Part shown: in pieces, positions 37,002 through 43,222 of the stretch
How positions within the stretch are numbered: the first letter of the stretch is position 1
How the letters are laid out: each line of letters opens with the position of its first letter
Source: Clostridia bacterium
GTDB taxonomy: Bacteria; Bacillota; Clostridia; Oscillospirales; CAG-272
Assembly: GCA_017522905.1 (NCBI GenBank)
Contig: JAFWXY010000077.1
Location: forward strand, 1 to 43,222
Reading direction: 5' to 3'
Length of the DNA: 43,222 nt
Notes under the pieces: model-generated
Databases searched by the model: none
Told to the model about the DNA's origin: nothing
What the model saw: only the letters and a program-made list of their open reading frames with translations
Translations under genes and position numbers: made by a program

Positions 37002-37038
37002 AAATAGAGGGTGTGGGTTTATCCCACACCCTCTATTT
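37002..37038 (+). terminator. Terminator after rplU-prp-rpmA
   Basis: 16-bp stem AAATAGAGGGTGTGGG (37002-37017) / CCCACACCCTCTATTT (37023-37038). Confidence 0.8.
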
Positions 37039-37047
37039 ATCTTTCGC

Positions 37048-37163
37048 GACCCTTGAAAATTCCGTGATACGTCGTTGCTCCTCGACGGCAGCTCGACTTA
37101 CGTATAGTAAGCCTTCGCTTTGCCCTCTGCGGTGCGCCTTGTCTGATGAAATTTTCAAGGGTC
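37048..37163 (+). repeat. Long-range 14-bp inverted repeat closing a ~116-nt structured element
   Basis: GACCCTTGAAAATT (37048-37061) is the exact reverse complement of AATTTTCAAGGGTC (37150-37163). Internal hairpins include ATACGTCG (37067-37074) pairing with CGAC-TT-ACGTAT (37094-37105). TTGTTTTATTTT follows. Confidence 0.7.
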
Positions 37164-37252
37164 TTGTTTTATTTTAGGTTTGGCGACCTTCCACGCCTTC
37201 GCCTTGCTTTTTACGGTACGCCTTGCCTACGACAAATTTATCAAATGTCTTG
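37111..37252 (+). repeat. Two direct copies of a ~56-nt unit, 84 nt apart
   Basis: Copy A is 37111-37166 and copy B is 37195-37252. By hand alignment 27 of the first 34 positions are identical (GCCTTCGCyTTGC...CGGTrCGCCTTG), and both end in ..AAATTT..TCAA..GTCTTG. Confidence 0.7.
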
Positions 37253-37278
37253 ATTTTCTTGTAATAAGGTGCTATAAT
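37250..37278 (+). promoter_or_regulatory. Sigma-A promoter of the RluA-family gene
   Basis: TTGATT (37250-37255), 17 nt, TATAAT (37273-37278), preceded by TGC. Confidence 0.6.
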
Positions 37279-37310
37279 TTGCTTGTGAATCTATTTTTTG
37301 GAGAAAATGC

Positions 37311-37979
37311 GTGAAAATACTGTACGAAGATAGATATTTGATTGTCTGCGAAAAGCCCGTCGGCGTTGAGTCGCAGAGAAGCAGTAAGGGCGGCGAGGAT
37401 ATACTATCCCTGCTTGAAAAATACCGCGCGGATAAGGGCGAAGAGGCTTTTATCGGTCTTGTCCATAGGCTTGATACCGCCACGGGCGGCGCGATGATCT
37501 ATTCAAAGCGTGCTGATATGACGGGGAAGCTTTCTGCTCTCGTTCAGTCAGCAGATTATAAGAAAACATATCTCGCGGTCGTTCACGGTGAGCCGGAAGA
37601 AAAGTCGGGTGAGATGCGAGATCTGCTCTTCCACGATAAGATAAAAAACAAGTCCCACGTAACCGATAAAAAGCGCGCAGGAGTAAAAGAGGCTGTCTTA
37701 AATTACCGCGTTTTAAGTACCGCAGAAAAGGACAGTGGCGACAAGCATTCGCTTGTTGAAATAGAGCTTATCACGGGCAGAACTCACCAGATAAGAGTAC
37801 AATTTGCAAGCCGTCAAATGCCGCTCGTCGGTGACGGGAAGTACGGTAGCCGTGATAACAAGGCAAGTATGGCGCTTTGGTCACATAAGGTGGAATTCAC
37901 CCATCCGCAGACTAAAAAACAGGTCATAGCAGAGAGTATGCCGCCTGAGAGCTATCCCTGGGATATATTCAAAAAATAA
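37311..37979 (+). CDS. RluA-family pseudouridine synthase (no S4 domain)
   Basis: GTG start 6 nt after GGAGA. ILYEDRYLIVCEKPVGV, the catalytic HRLDTATGGAM, and TGRTHQIRVQ motifs. Confidence 0.85.
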   Translation: MKILYEDRYLIVCEKPVGVESQRSSKGGEDILSLLEKYRADKGEEAFIGLVHRLDTATGGAMIYSKRADMTGKLSALVQSADYKKTYLAVVHGEPEEKSGEMRDLLFHDKIKNKSHVTDKKRAGVKEAVLNYRVLSTAEKDSGDKHSLVEIELITGRTHQIRVQFASRQMPLVGDGKYGSRDNKASMALWSHKVEFTHPQTKKQVIAESMPPESYPWDIFKK

Positions 37980-37983
37980 CAAG

Positions 37984-38011
37984 AAAATCCGCAACAAGGG
38001 TTGCGGATTTT
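37984..38011. terminator. Bidirectional terminator between the RluA-family gene (+) and cwlD (-)
   Basis: Stem AAAATCCGCAAC (37984-37995) / GTTGCGGATTTT (38000-38011), loop AAGG. Confidence 0.85.
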
Positions 38012-38012
38012 C

Positions 38013-38744
38013 TTATTCTGCATATAAGAATTCAAGTATCGAGGAGCAGAGAATCAGAGCAAGCCCTTGTCTGTATTCCTCACTCTCGAATTTTGCTGCC
38101 TCGACCTCGTTTGACAGAAATCCACACTCTACAAGCACCGCAGGGCATGGAGCCTCGTTAAGCAAGAAAATCGCGCTTGTCGCGCCCTTTATTTTTCTTG
38201 TATTGTCGGGCTGCAAATACTTTTGATTGTTGGATTGTATCATATTTGCAAGCACCTCAGAGTCAGCGCGGTTCTGAGAATACCACACCTGTAGCCCCGA
38301 GTATTTCGGACTTGTATATGAGTTCATGTGTACGCTGATAAAAATTGCGTCCTCGGTCTTTTGCATGACGCTCAACCTTGCCGCCATATCAAGCTTTTTC
38401 TTTCTGCCGTGAAAGTCTATGTTTCTGTCATAGAGAAGCTTATCCTCCTCGCGTGTCATAATGACGTTGACGCCGCTTGCGCGCAGCATTTCGGCAAGCT
38501 TTTTTGCTATATCAAGGTTTACCTCCTTTTCAATAAGCCCCGCGGCGCTTGATGCGCCGCCGTCCTCTCCGCCGTGTCCCGCATCAATTATTACGGTGGT
38601 ATATTTTGGCATAGAAGCGACTGATACCTCTGCTTTGGACGGTGCACCGAGATAAAACGAACCAAGTAAAAAGGCAAGCGCGCCAAGACAAAGTGTTGAA
38701 AGCAAAAAGAAGATAATTATATAGATAAAGCCCGATCTGTTCAT
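38013..38744 (-). CDS. cwlD: N-acetylmuramoyl-L-alanine amidase, CwlD-like (germination-specific type)
   Basis: Single N-terminal TM, then an Amidase_3 domain (VIIDAGHGGEDGGA, ISVHMNS, ECGFLSN). ATG 38744 follows GAGG. The longer track ORF to 38879 has no SD. Confidence 0.75.
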   Translation of the reverse strand: MNRSGFIYIIIFFLLSTLCLGALAFLLGSFYLGAPSKAEVSVASMPKYTTVIIDAGHGGEDGGASSAAGLIEKEVNLDIAKKLAEMLRASGVNVIMTREEDKLLYDRNIDFHGRKKKLDMAARLSVMQKTEDAIFISVHMNSYTSPKYSGLQVWYSQNRADSEVLANMIQSNNQKYLQPDNTRKIKGATSAIFLLNEAPCPAVLVECGFLSNEVEAAKFESEEYRQGLALILCSSILEFLYAE

Positions 38745-38905
38745 TTTCTTGCCTCGCTTGCAGTTTTTCTTAAATAAATGATATTGTTGCAGGTCTGAAA
38801 TAATGCAAAAAAAGTGTGTCTTTGTGCAAAAAAGCAATGGAAGCCAACATTGTATTTTACTTTCGTTGCAATACGACAATTTTTACTAATTTGCCGTATA
38901 CCGCC

Positions 38906-38934
38906 TTGACAAGTATTTTTCTTTGTAGTATAAT
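38906..38934 (+). promoter_or_regulatory. Sigma-A promoter of glyA-guaB
   Basis: TTGACA (38906-38911), 17 nt, TATAAT (38929-38934). Confidence 0.7.
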
Positions 38935-38999
38935 AAAATTTAATAATAATATTTTTTGATTACCCGTTTCCCAACACGAAAAAGAAAGGAATTACCGAA

Positions 39000-40238
39000 A
39001 TGAATTTTTTTGACGAGCTTTCATTGTACGACAAAGAGGTACATGATGCCTGCAATCTTGAATTTGAGCGCCAGCAGCACAATATTGAGCTTATTGCGTC
39101 CGAGAACATTGTTTCAAAGGCGGTGCTTTTGGCGGCAGGAACAGTTCTAACAAATAAGTATGCCGAGGGATTTCCCGGTAAGCGTTACTACGGCGGATGT
39201 CAGTGCGTCGATATCGTAGAGAATATCGCGCGCGAGCGTGCAAAAAAGCTTTTCGGAGCGGAGCATGCAAACGTTCAGCCTCATAGCGGCGCTTCTGCGA
39301 ATCTCGCGGTATTTTTTGCATTATTACAGCCCGGAGATACCGTAATGGGACTCAATCTCGCGCACGGCGGACACCTCTCCCACGGCTCTCCCGTCAACAT
39401 TTCGGGAAAATACTTCAATATAGTTCCGTACAGCGTATCCGACGATACGGAGATGCTTGACTATGAGGCAATTAGACAGACCGCGCTTGAGTGCCAGCCT
39501 AAGATGATAATCGCGGGTGCAAGCGCATACTCGAGAACGATTGATTTTGAGAAGATAAGCAATATAGCCAAGGAAGTCGGCGCGTACCTTATGGTAGATA
39601 TGGCGCACATCGCAGGCCTTGTTGCCGCAGGACTTCACCCCTCGCCCGTCCCTTATGCAGACGTAGTAACAACTACGACACACAAGACACTTCGCGGCCC
39701 TCGCGGAGGCTTGATACTCTGCCGTGAGGAGCTTGCGGCTAAGATCGATAAGGCGATCTTCCCGGGAACACAGGGCGGACCTCTTATGCACATTATCGCC
39801 GCTAAGGCGGTTGCGTTAGGTGAGGCGCTCAAGCCGGAATTCAAGGAGTATCAGGCAAAGCTCGTAAAGAATGCGAAGGTTCTTTGCGAGGCACTCAAGG
39901 AGGAAGGCTTCAGAATCGTTTCCGACGATACGGACAACCACTTGATGCTCATCGACCTTCGCCCCTTTGGCGTAACGGGCAAGGAGATGGAAAAGCGACT
40001 TGACGAGGTTCATATCACCGCAAATAAGAACGCCATTCCCAATGACCCCGAGAAGCCGTTTGTAACGAGCGGACTTCGCGTAGGAACTCCCGCAGTAACC
40101 TCCCGTGGCTTTGGTGAAGAAGAAATGAAGCTCATCGCAAAATGGATGAAGCTTGTTGCCACCGATTTTGAGGCAACTAAGGAAGAGATCACCAAAGAGG
40201 TAATTGCTCTTTGTGAAAAGTACCCCATATATAACTAA
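39000..40238 (+). CDS. glyA: Serine hydroxymethyltransferase
   Basis: [21 protein letters not shown] and the PLP-lysine motif [14 protein letters not shown]. Confidence 0.97.
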   Translation: MNFFDELSLYDKEVHDACNLEFERQQHNIELIASENIVSKAVLLAAGTVLTNKYAEGFPGKRYYGGCQCVDIVENIARERAKKLFGAEHANVQPHSGASANLAVFFALLQPGDTVMGLNLAHGGHLSHGSPVNISGKYFNIVPYSVSDDTEMLDYEAIRQTALECQPKMIIAGASAYSRTIDFEKISNIAKEVGAYLMVDMAHIAGLVAAGLHPSPVPYADVVTTTTHKTLRGPRGGLILCREELAAKIDKAIFPGTQGGPLMHIIAAKAVALGEALKPEFKEYQAKLVKNAKVLCEALKEEGFRIVSDDTDNHLMLIDLRPFGVTGKEMEKRLDEVHITANKNAIPNDPEKPFVTSGLRVGTPAVTSRGFGEEEMKLIAKWMKLVATDFEATKEEITKEVIALCEKYPIYN

Positions 40239-40259
40239 AATGTTAAGGAGTGAAATAAA

Positions 40260-41762
40260 ATGGCAAAGTTTATCAACGAACCCTCACATACCTTCAACGA
40301 GTATCTTCTTATTCCGGGATATTCGTCAAGCGAATGCGTACCGGCAAACGTAAGCCTTAAGACACCCCTTGTAAGATTTAAGAAGGGCGAAGAGCCCACG
40401 ATCACTATGAACATCCCTATGGTATCTGCCATCATGCAGGCTGTATCGGGAGATAAGCTTGCTGTAGCTCTTGCAAAAGAGGGCGGCGTGTCCTTCATTT
40501 ACGGCTCACAGACCATTGAGGATCAGGCGGCTATGGTTAAGAGAGCCAAGGACCACAAGGCAGGCTTTGTTACAAGTGATTCCAACGTGCGTCCCGAATC
40601 TACACTTGCAGATATAATTGCGCTCAAGGAAAAAACAGGTCACTCCACAGTGGCTGTTACCTCTGACGGAACTGCGGACGGAAAGCTTCTCGGCATAGTT
40701 ACCGGTAGAGATTACCGTATTAGCCGTATGAGTGTTGACACAAAAGTTGAGACGTTTATGACTCCATTTGAGAAGCTTGTCGTTGCTAAGGAGGGAACCA
40801 CCCTCAAGGAAGCGAATGACATTATCTGGGATCACAAGCTTAACAGCCTTCCCATTATAGATGACGAGCAGAGACTCCGTTATTTCGTATTCCGCAAGGA
40901 CTATACATCACATAAGAACAACCCCAACGAGCTTTTGGACTCTAATAAGAGATACGTTGTGGGCGCAGGCATCAATACACGTGACTACGCGGAGAGAATT
41001 CCCGCACTTGTAGAGGCGGGCGTTGACGTTGTTTGTATCGACTCCTCCGAGGGATTTTCCGAGTGGCAGCAGAGAACCATCGCTTGGGTAAGAGAGAAGT
41101 ACGGCGACACAGTCAAGATCGGTGCAGGTAACGTAGTAGACGCGGCAGGCTTCAGATTCCTCGCTGATTGCGGTGCAGACTTCATCAAGGTAGGTATCGG
41201 CGGCGGCTCTATCTGTATCACGCGTGAGACAAAGGGTATCGGACGCGGACAGGCAACAGCTCTTATTGAGGTTTGTGCCGAGAGAGACAGATACTTTGAG
41301 GAGACAGGCATTTACGTTCCCGTATGCTCCGACGGTGGTATCGTATACGACCACCACATCACCCTTTCCTTGGCTATGGGCGCAGACTTTGTAATGCTTG
41401 GCAGATACTTTGCACGCTTTGACGAGTCTCCCTCCAACAAGGTAAGCATTGGCGGAACGTATTATAAGGAGTATTGGGGCGAGGGCTCTGCAAGAGCAAG
41501 AAACTGGCAGAGATACGACCTTGGCGGCGACAAGAAGCTCTCCTTTGAAGAGGGAGTTGACTCCTACGTTCCTTATGCGGGAAGCCTGAGGGACAACGTT
41601 GCAATGACGCTTGCAAAGGTCAAGTCCACCATGTGCAACTGCGGCGCGTTAACAATTCCCGAGCTTCAGGAGAAGGCAACTCTTACTCTTGTAAGCGCGA
41701 CAAGTATTGTCGAGGGTGGAGCGCACGACGTCATCCAGAAGGATAAAACAACAGTTCAGTAA
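40260..41762 (+). CDS. guaB: IMP dehydrogenase (GuaB-type, with CBS pair)
   Basis: TIM-barrel with an inserted CBS pair (residues ~95-215). Catalytic-loop [18 protein letters not shown], and GADFVMLG motifs. Starts 21 nt after glyA. Confidence 0.85.
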   Translation: MAKFINEPSHTFNEYLLIPGYSSSECVPANVSLKTPLVRFKKGEEPTITMNIPMVSAIMQAVSGDKLAVALAKEGGVSFIYGSQTIEDQAAMVKRAKDHKAGFVTSDSNVRPESTLADIIALKEKTGHSTVAVTSDGTADGKLLGIVTGRDYRISRMSVDTKVETFMTPFEKLVVAKEGTTLKEANDIIWDHKLNSLPIIDDEQRLRYFVFRKDYTSHKNNPNELLDSNKRYVVGAGINTRDYAERIPALVEAGVDVVCIDSSEGFSEWQQRTIAWVREKYGDTVKIGAGNVVDAAGFRFLADCGADFIKVGIGGGSICITRETKGIGRGQATALIEVCAERDRYFEETGIYVPVCSDGGIVYDHHITLSLAMGADFVMLGRYFARFDESPSNKVSIGGTYYKEYWGEGSARARNWQRYDLGGDKKLSFEEGVDSYVPYAGSLRDNVAMTLAKVKSTMCNCGALTIPELQEKATLTLVSATSIVEGGAHDVIQKDKTTVQ

Positions 41763-41771
41763 AAAATAAAG

Positions 41772-41801
41772 AATCGGTGCGACGACGTCGCACCGATTTT
41801 T
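41772..41801. terminator. Bidirectional terminator between guaB (+) and yccF (-)
   Basis: Stem AATCGGTGCGAC (41772-41783) / GTCGCACCGATT (41787-41798), then a T run. An A-run lies upstream. Confidence 0.85.
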
Positions 41802-41804
41802 ATG

Positions 41805-42161
41805 TCACTTTATTTTAGCCCCGAAGGGGAAAAGTGCAAGCTTTGTTATCTTAAAGCACTGAATGCCGGATGGGATTCCAATGATAGTCAAGCAGCAAAA
41901 GAGTCCCGAGACAAGATGAGCTATGGCAAGTTCCCAACCGACAAAAACAACCCACAAAAGATTAATTATCGGATGCTTGGCGTAATCAAGAATAATCTTT
42001 TTTCCGTATGGCATAGCCGATACGGTTGCAAGCTTGAAGCATTGTTTGCCGAATGGGATACCCACTATGGTGATACAAAGCAGGGCACCGAGAAACGCCC
42101 ACGCCAGAAATAGCCAGAGTCCGCCGAGAATAAACCAGATAACGTTTGAAATAACCTTCAT
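41805..42161 (-). CDS. yccF: YccF-domain inner-membrane protein (DUF307)
   Basis: Two repeats of the (I/V)GIP(F/S)G...CFK(L/I) motif (ITIVGIPFGKQCFKLA and LTIIGIPSGIQCFKIT). SD AAGGAGG. Confidence 0.8.
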   Translation of the reverse strand: MKVISNVIWFILGGLWLFLAWAFLGALLCITIVGIPFGKQCFKLATVSAMPYGKKIILDYAKHPIINLLWVVFVGWELAIAHLVSGLFCCLTIIGIPSGIQCFKITKLALFPFGAKIK

Positions 42162-42236
42162 AATTGCCTCCTTGTCTGTCTATGAAATAATTATAGCACT
42201 GCGGTTGCAATTTGTCAAACAGTAGCGTAAAAATTC

Positions 42237-42265
42237 TTGACAAACGGCTTCATTTTTTATATAAT
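42237..42265 (+). promoter_or_regulatory. Sigma-A promoter of the cysteine-desulfidase-like gene
   Basis: TTGACA (42237-42242), 17 nt, TATAAT (42260-42265). Confidence 0.7.
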
Positions 42266-42294
42266 TATTATATGATTATGAAATAGAGGTTAAC

Positions 42295-43222
42295 ATGGAC
42301 AGACAATCTGAACTTTACCGTGCATATATTGATATTCTCAGCCGCGAGCTCGTTCCCGCAATGGGATGTACAGAGCCTATCGCGGTTGCTTTTTGTGCCG
42401 CAAAGGCAAGAGAAGAGCTTGGAAGAATGCCTGAGGCTGTACATATTCAGGCGAGTGGAAATATAATCAAAAACGTAAAGAGCGTTATCGTTCCTCACTC
42501 GGGTGGCATGAGAGGACTTGAGGCGGCTGCGGCTGTCGGAATCCTTTACGGAGATTCAAGCCGCGAGCTTGAGGTTATTTCCTCTGTTACCAAGGAGCAA
42601 GAGTCGGAGCTTAAAGATAGGATGCACAGCCTCAATATTGCCGTTTCACCTCTTGATAGCGAGCATATTCTTGACCTTGTGGTAACAGTCAGCGACGAAG
42701 AGGGATCGGTATCGGTACATATTGAGGACGAGCATACCAACGTGGTTGAAATTATCAATAACGGACGTTGTGTTTTCGTGGATAAGAAAAAGAGCGGTGC
42801 AGAGGATAATGACGATGCGGATTTGCTTACAATTGCCGATATATTTGACTTTGCAAATACCGTTTGCATTGATGACGTAAGAGAAATAATCAAAAGACAA
42901 ATAGACTATAATACTGCAATTTCAAAGGAAGGTCTTGAAAATAATTATGGGGCAAGGATAGGAAAGCTTCTCTATGACAGAGGTGGCGATATTCGCACTC
43001 GCGCATGCGCTTCCGCGGCGGCGGGCTCGGATGCGAGAATGGGCGGATGTGATATGCCTGTTGTCATCTGCTCCGGAAGCAGAAATCAGGGAATGACTGC
43101 AAGCCTTCCCGTTATCACGTATGCAGAGCATTATAATAAGAGCGAGGAAGAGCTTTATCGCGCGCTTGTGCTTTCAAATCTTGTAACTCTCCACTTAAAG
43201 AGCGGTATCGGTCGTCTTTCGG
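42295..43222 (+). CDS. L-cysteine desulfidase family protein (UPF0597, YhaM/CyuA-like); 3' end outside the window
   Basis: Not in the ORF track because it is open-ended. My own translation from ATG 42295 (SD AGAGG) gives MDRQSELYRAYIDILSRELVPAMGCTEPIAVAF...CSGSRNQGMTASLPV, which matches this family. Confidence 0.75.
   Translation, partial: MDRQSELYRAYIDILSRELVPAMGCTEPIAVAFCAAKAREELGRMPEAVHIQASGNIIKNVKSVIVPHSGGMRGLEAAAAVGILYGDSSRELEVISSVTKEQESELKDRMHSLNIAVSPLDSEHILDLVVTVSDEEGSVSVHIEDEHTNVVEIINNGRCVFVDKKKSGAEDNDDADLLTIADIFDFANTVCIDDVREIIKRQIDYNTAISKEGLENNYGARIGKLLYDRGGDIRTRACASAAAGSDARMGGCDMPVVICSGSRNQGMTASLPVITYAEHYNKSEEELYRALVLSNLVTLHLKSGIGRLS

Noticed and set aside
37041-37175. Minus-strand reading frame through the repeat spacer (NKTLENFIRQGAPQRAKRR...GIFKGRER)
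   Set aside because: It is about 44 codons long and bounded by stops, with no ATG/GTG/TTG start plus SD. The apparent peptide similarity between repeat copies occurs in different frames, so it only reflects nucleotide repetition.
37111-37252. Possible CRISPR-like repeat array
   Set aside because: There are only two direct copies, about 80% identical, with an 84-nt period and no spacer-like alternation. No cas genes are present anywhere in the window.
38745-38879. 45-codon N-terminal extension of the cwlD ORF
   Set aside because: It has no SD and a Cys/Phe-rich sequence that does not look like protein. ATG 38744 is preceded by GAGG and gives the expected signal-anchor N-terminus.
41802-42113. 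103-aa plus-strand ORF
   Set aside because: It is antisense to the yccF-domain gene, which has a strong SD and the duplicated DUF307 motif. The plus-strand ORF starts inside the guaB terminator.
1-43222. Search for defence systems, toxin-antitoxin pairs, prophage or transposon genes, tRNA or rRNA
   Set aside because: Every sizeable ORF is explained by a housekeeping or sporulation family, or by one of a few small orphans. I found no integrase, transposase or recombinase motifs, no terminal inverted repeats flanking genes, no cloverleaf-like tRNA segments, and no arrays. A novel multi-gene system cannot be supported here.

Overview
This 43.2-kb window is conserved housekeeping chromosome from a spore-forming Firmicute, with gene order closest to Clostridia. 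I call 45 protein genes, 37 on the + strand and 8 in small minus-strand islands that are mostly bounded by bidirectional terminators. Three syntenic blocks known from Bacillus and Clostridium are recognisable. The first is recJ-rel-dtd-hemZ-mtaD. The second is a MOP flippase followed by mazG-hup-yabO-yabP-yabQ-divIC. The third is nusB-(TsaD-like)-xseA-xseB-ispA-(DUF212)-tlyA-nadK-argR-recN. The window also holds argS, yebC, rplS, rplU-prp-rpmA, cwlD, glyA-guaB and a 3'-truncated cysteine-desulfidase-like gene. I see no rRNA, tRNA, CRISPR array, transposase, integrase, phage gene or recognisable defence module. I also cannot support a new multi-gene system here, so this reads as an ordinary core region. 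The points most worth a second look are listed below.
- A repeat-rich, strongly structured 270-nt spacer lies after rpmA.
- The yabO terminator buries the yabP Shine-Dalgarno and carries a sporulation-sigma-like promoter inside its own stem-loop.
- A TsaD/Kae1 paralog sits where folD is found in Bacillus subtilis.
- An SGNH-fold protein has lost both its catalytic Ser and His and is co-transcribed with a small membrane protein.
- A DinG/XPD-type Fe-S helicase carries an N-terminal PD-(D/E)xK-like module.
- A divergent ROK-like orphan gene lies between two ribosomal-protein operons.

Twelve sigma-A promoters with a perfect TATAAT and an invariant 17-nt spacer can be read directly. The many long antisense ORFs in the track are codon-aligned shadow ORFs. 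All calls come from reading the sequence and ORF track by eye; no searches were run.
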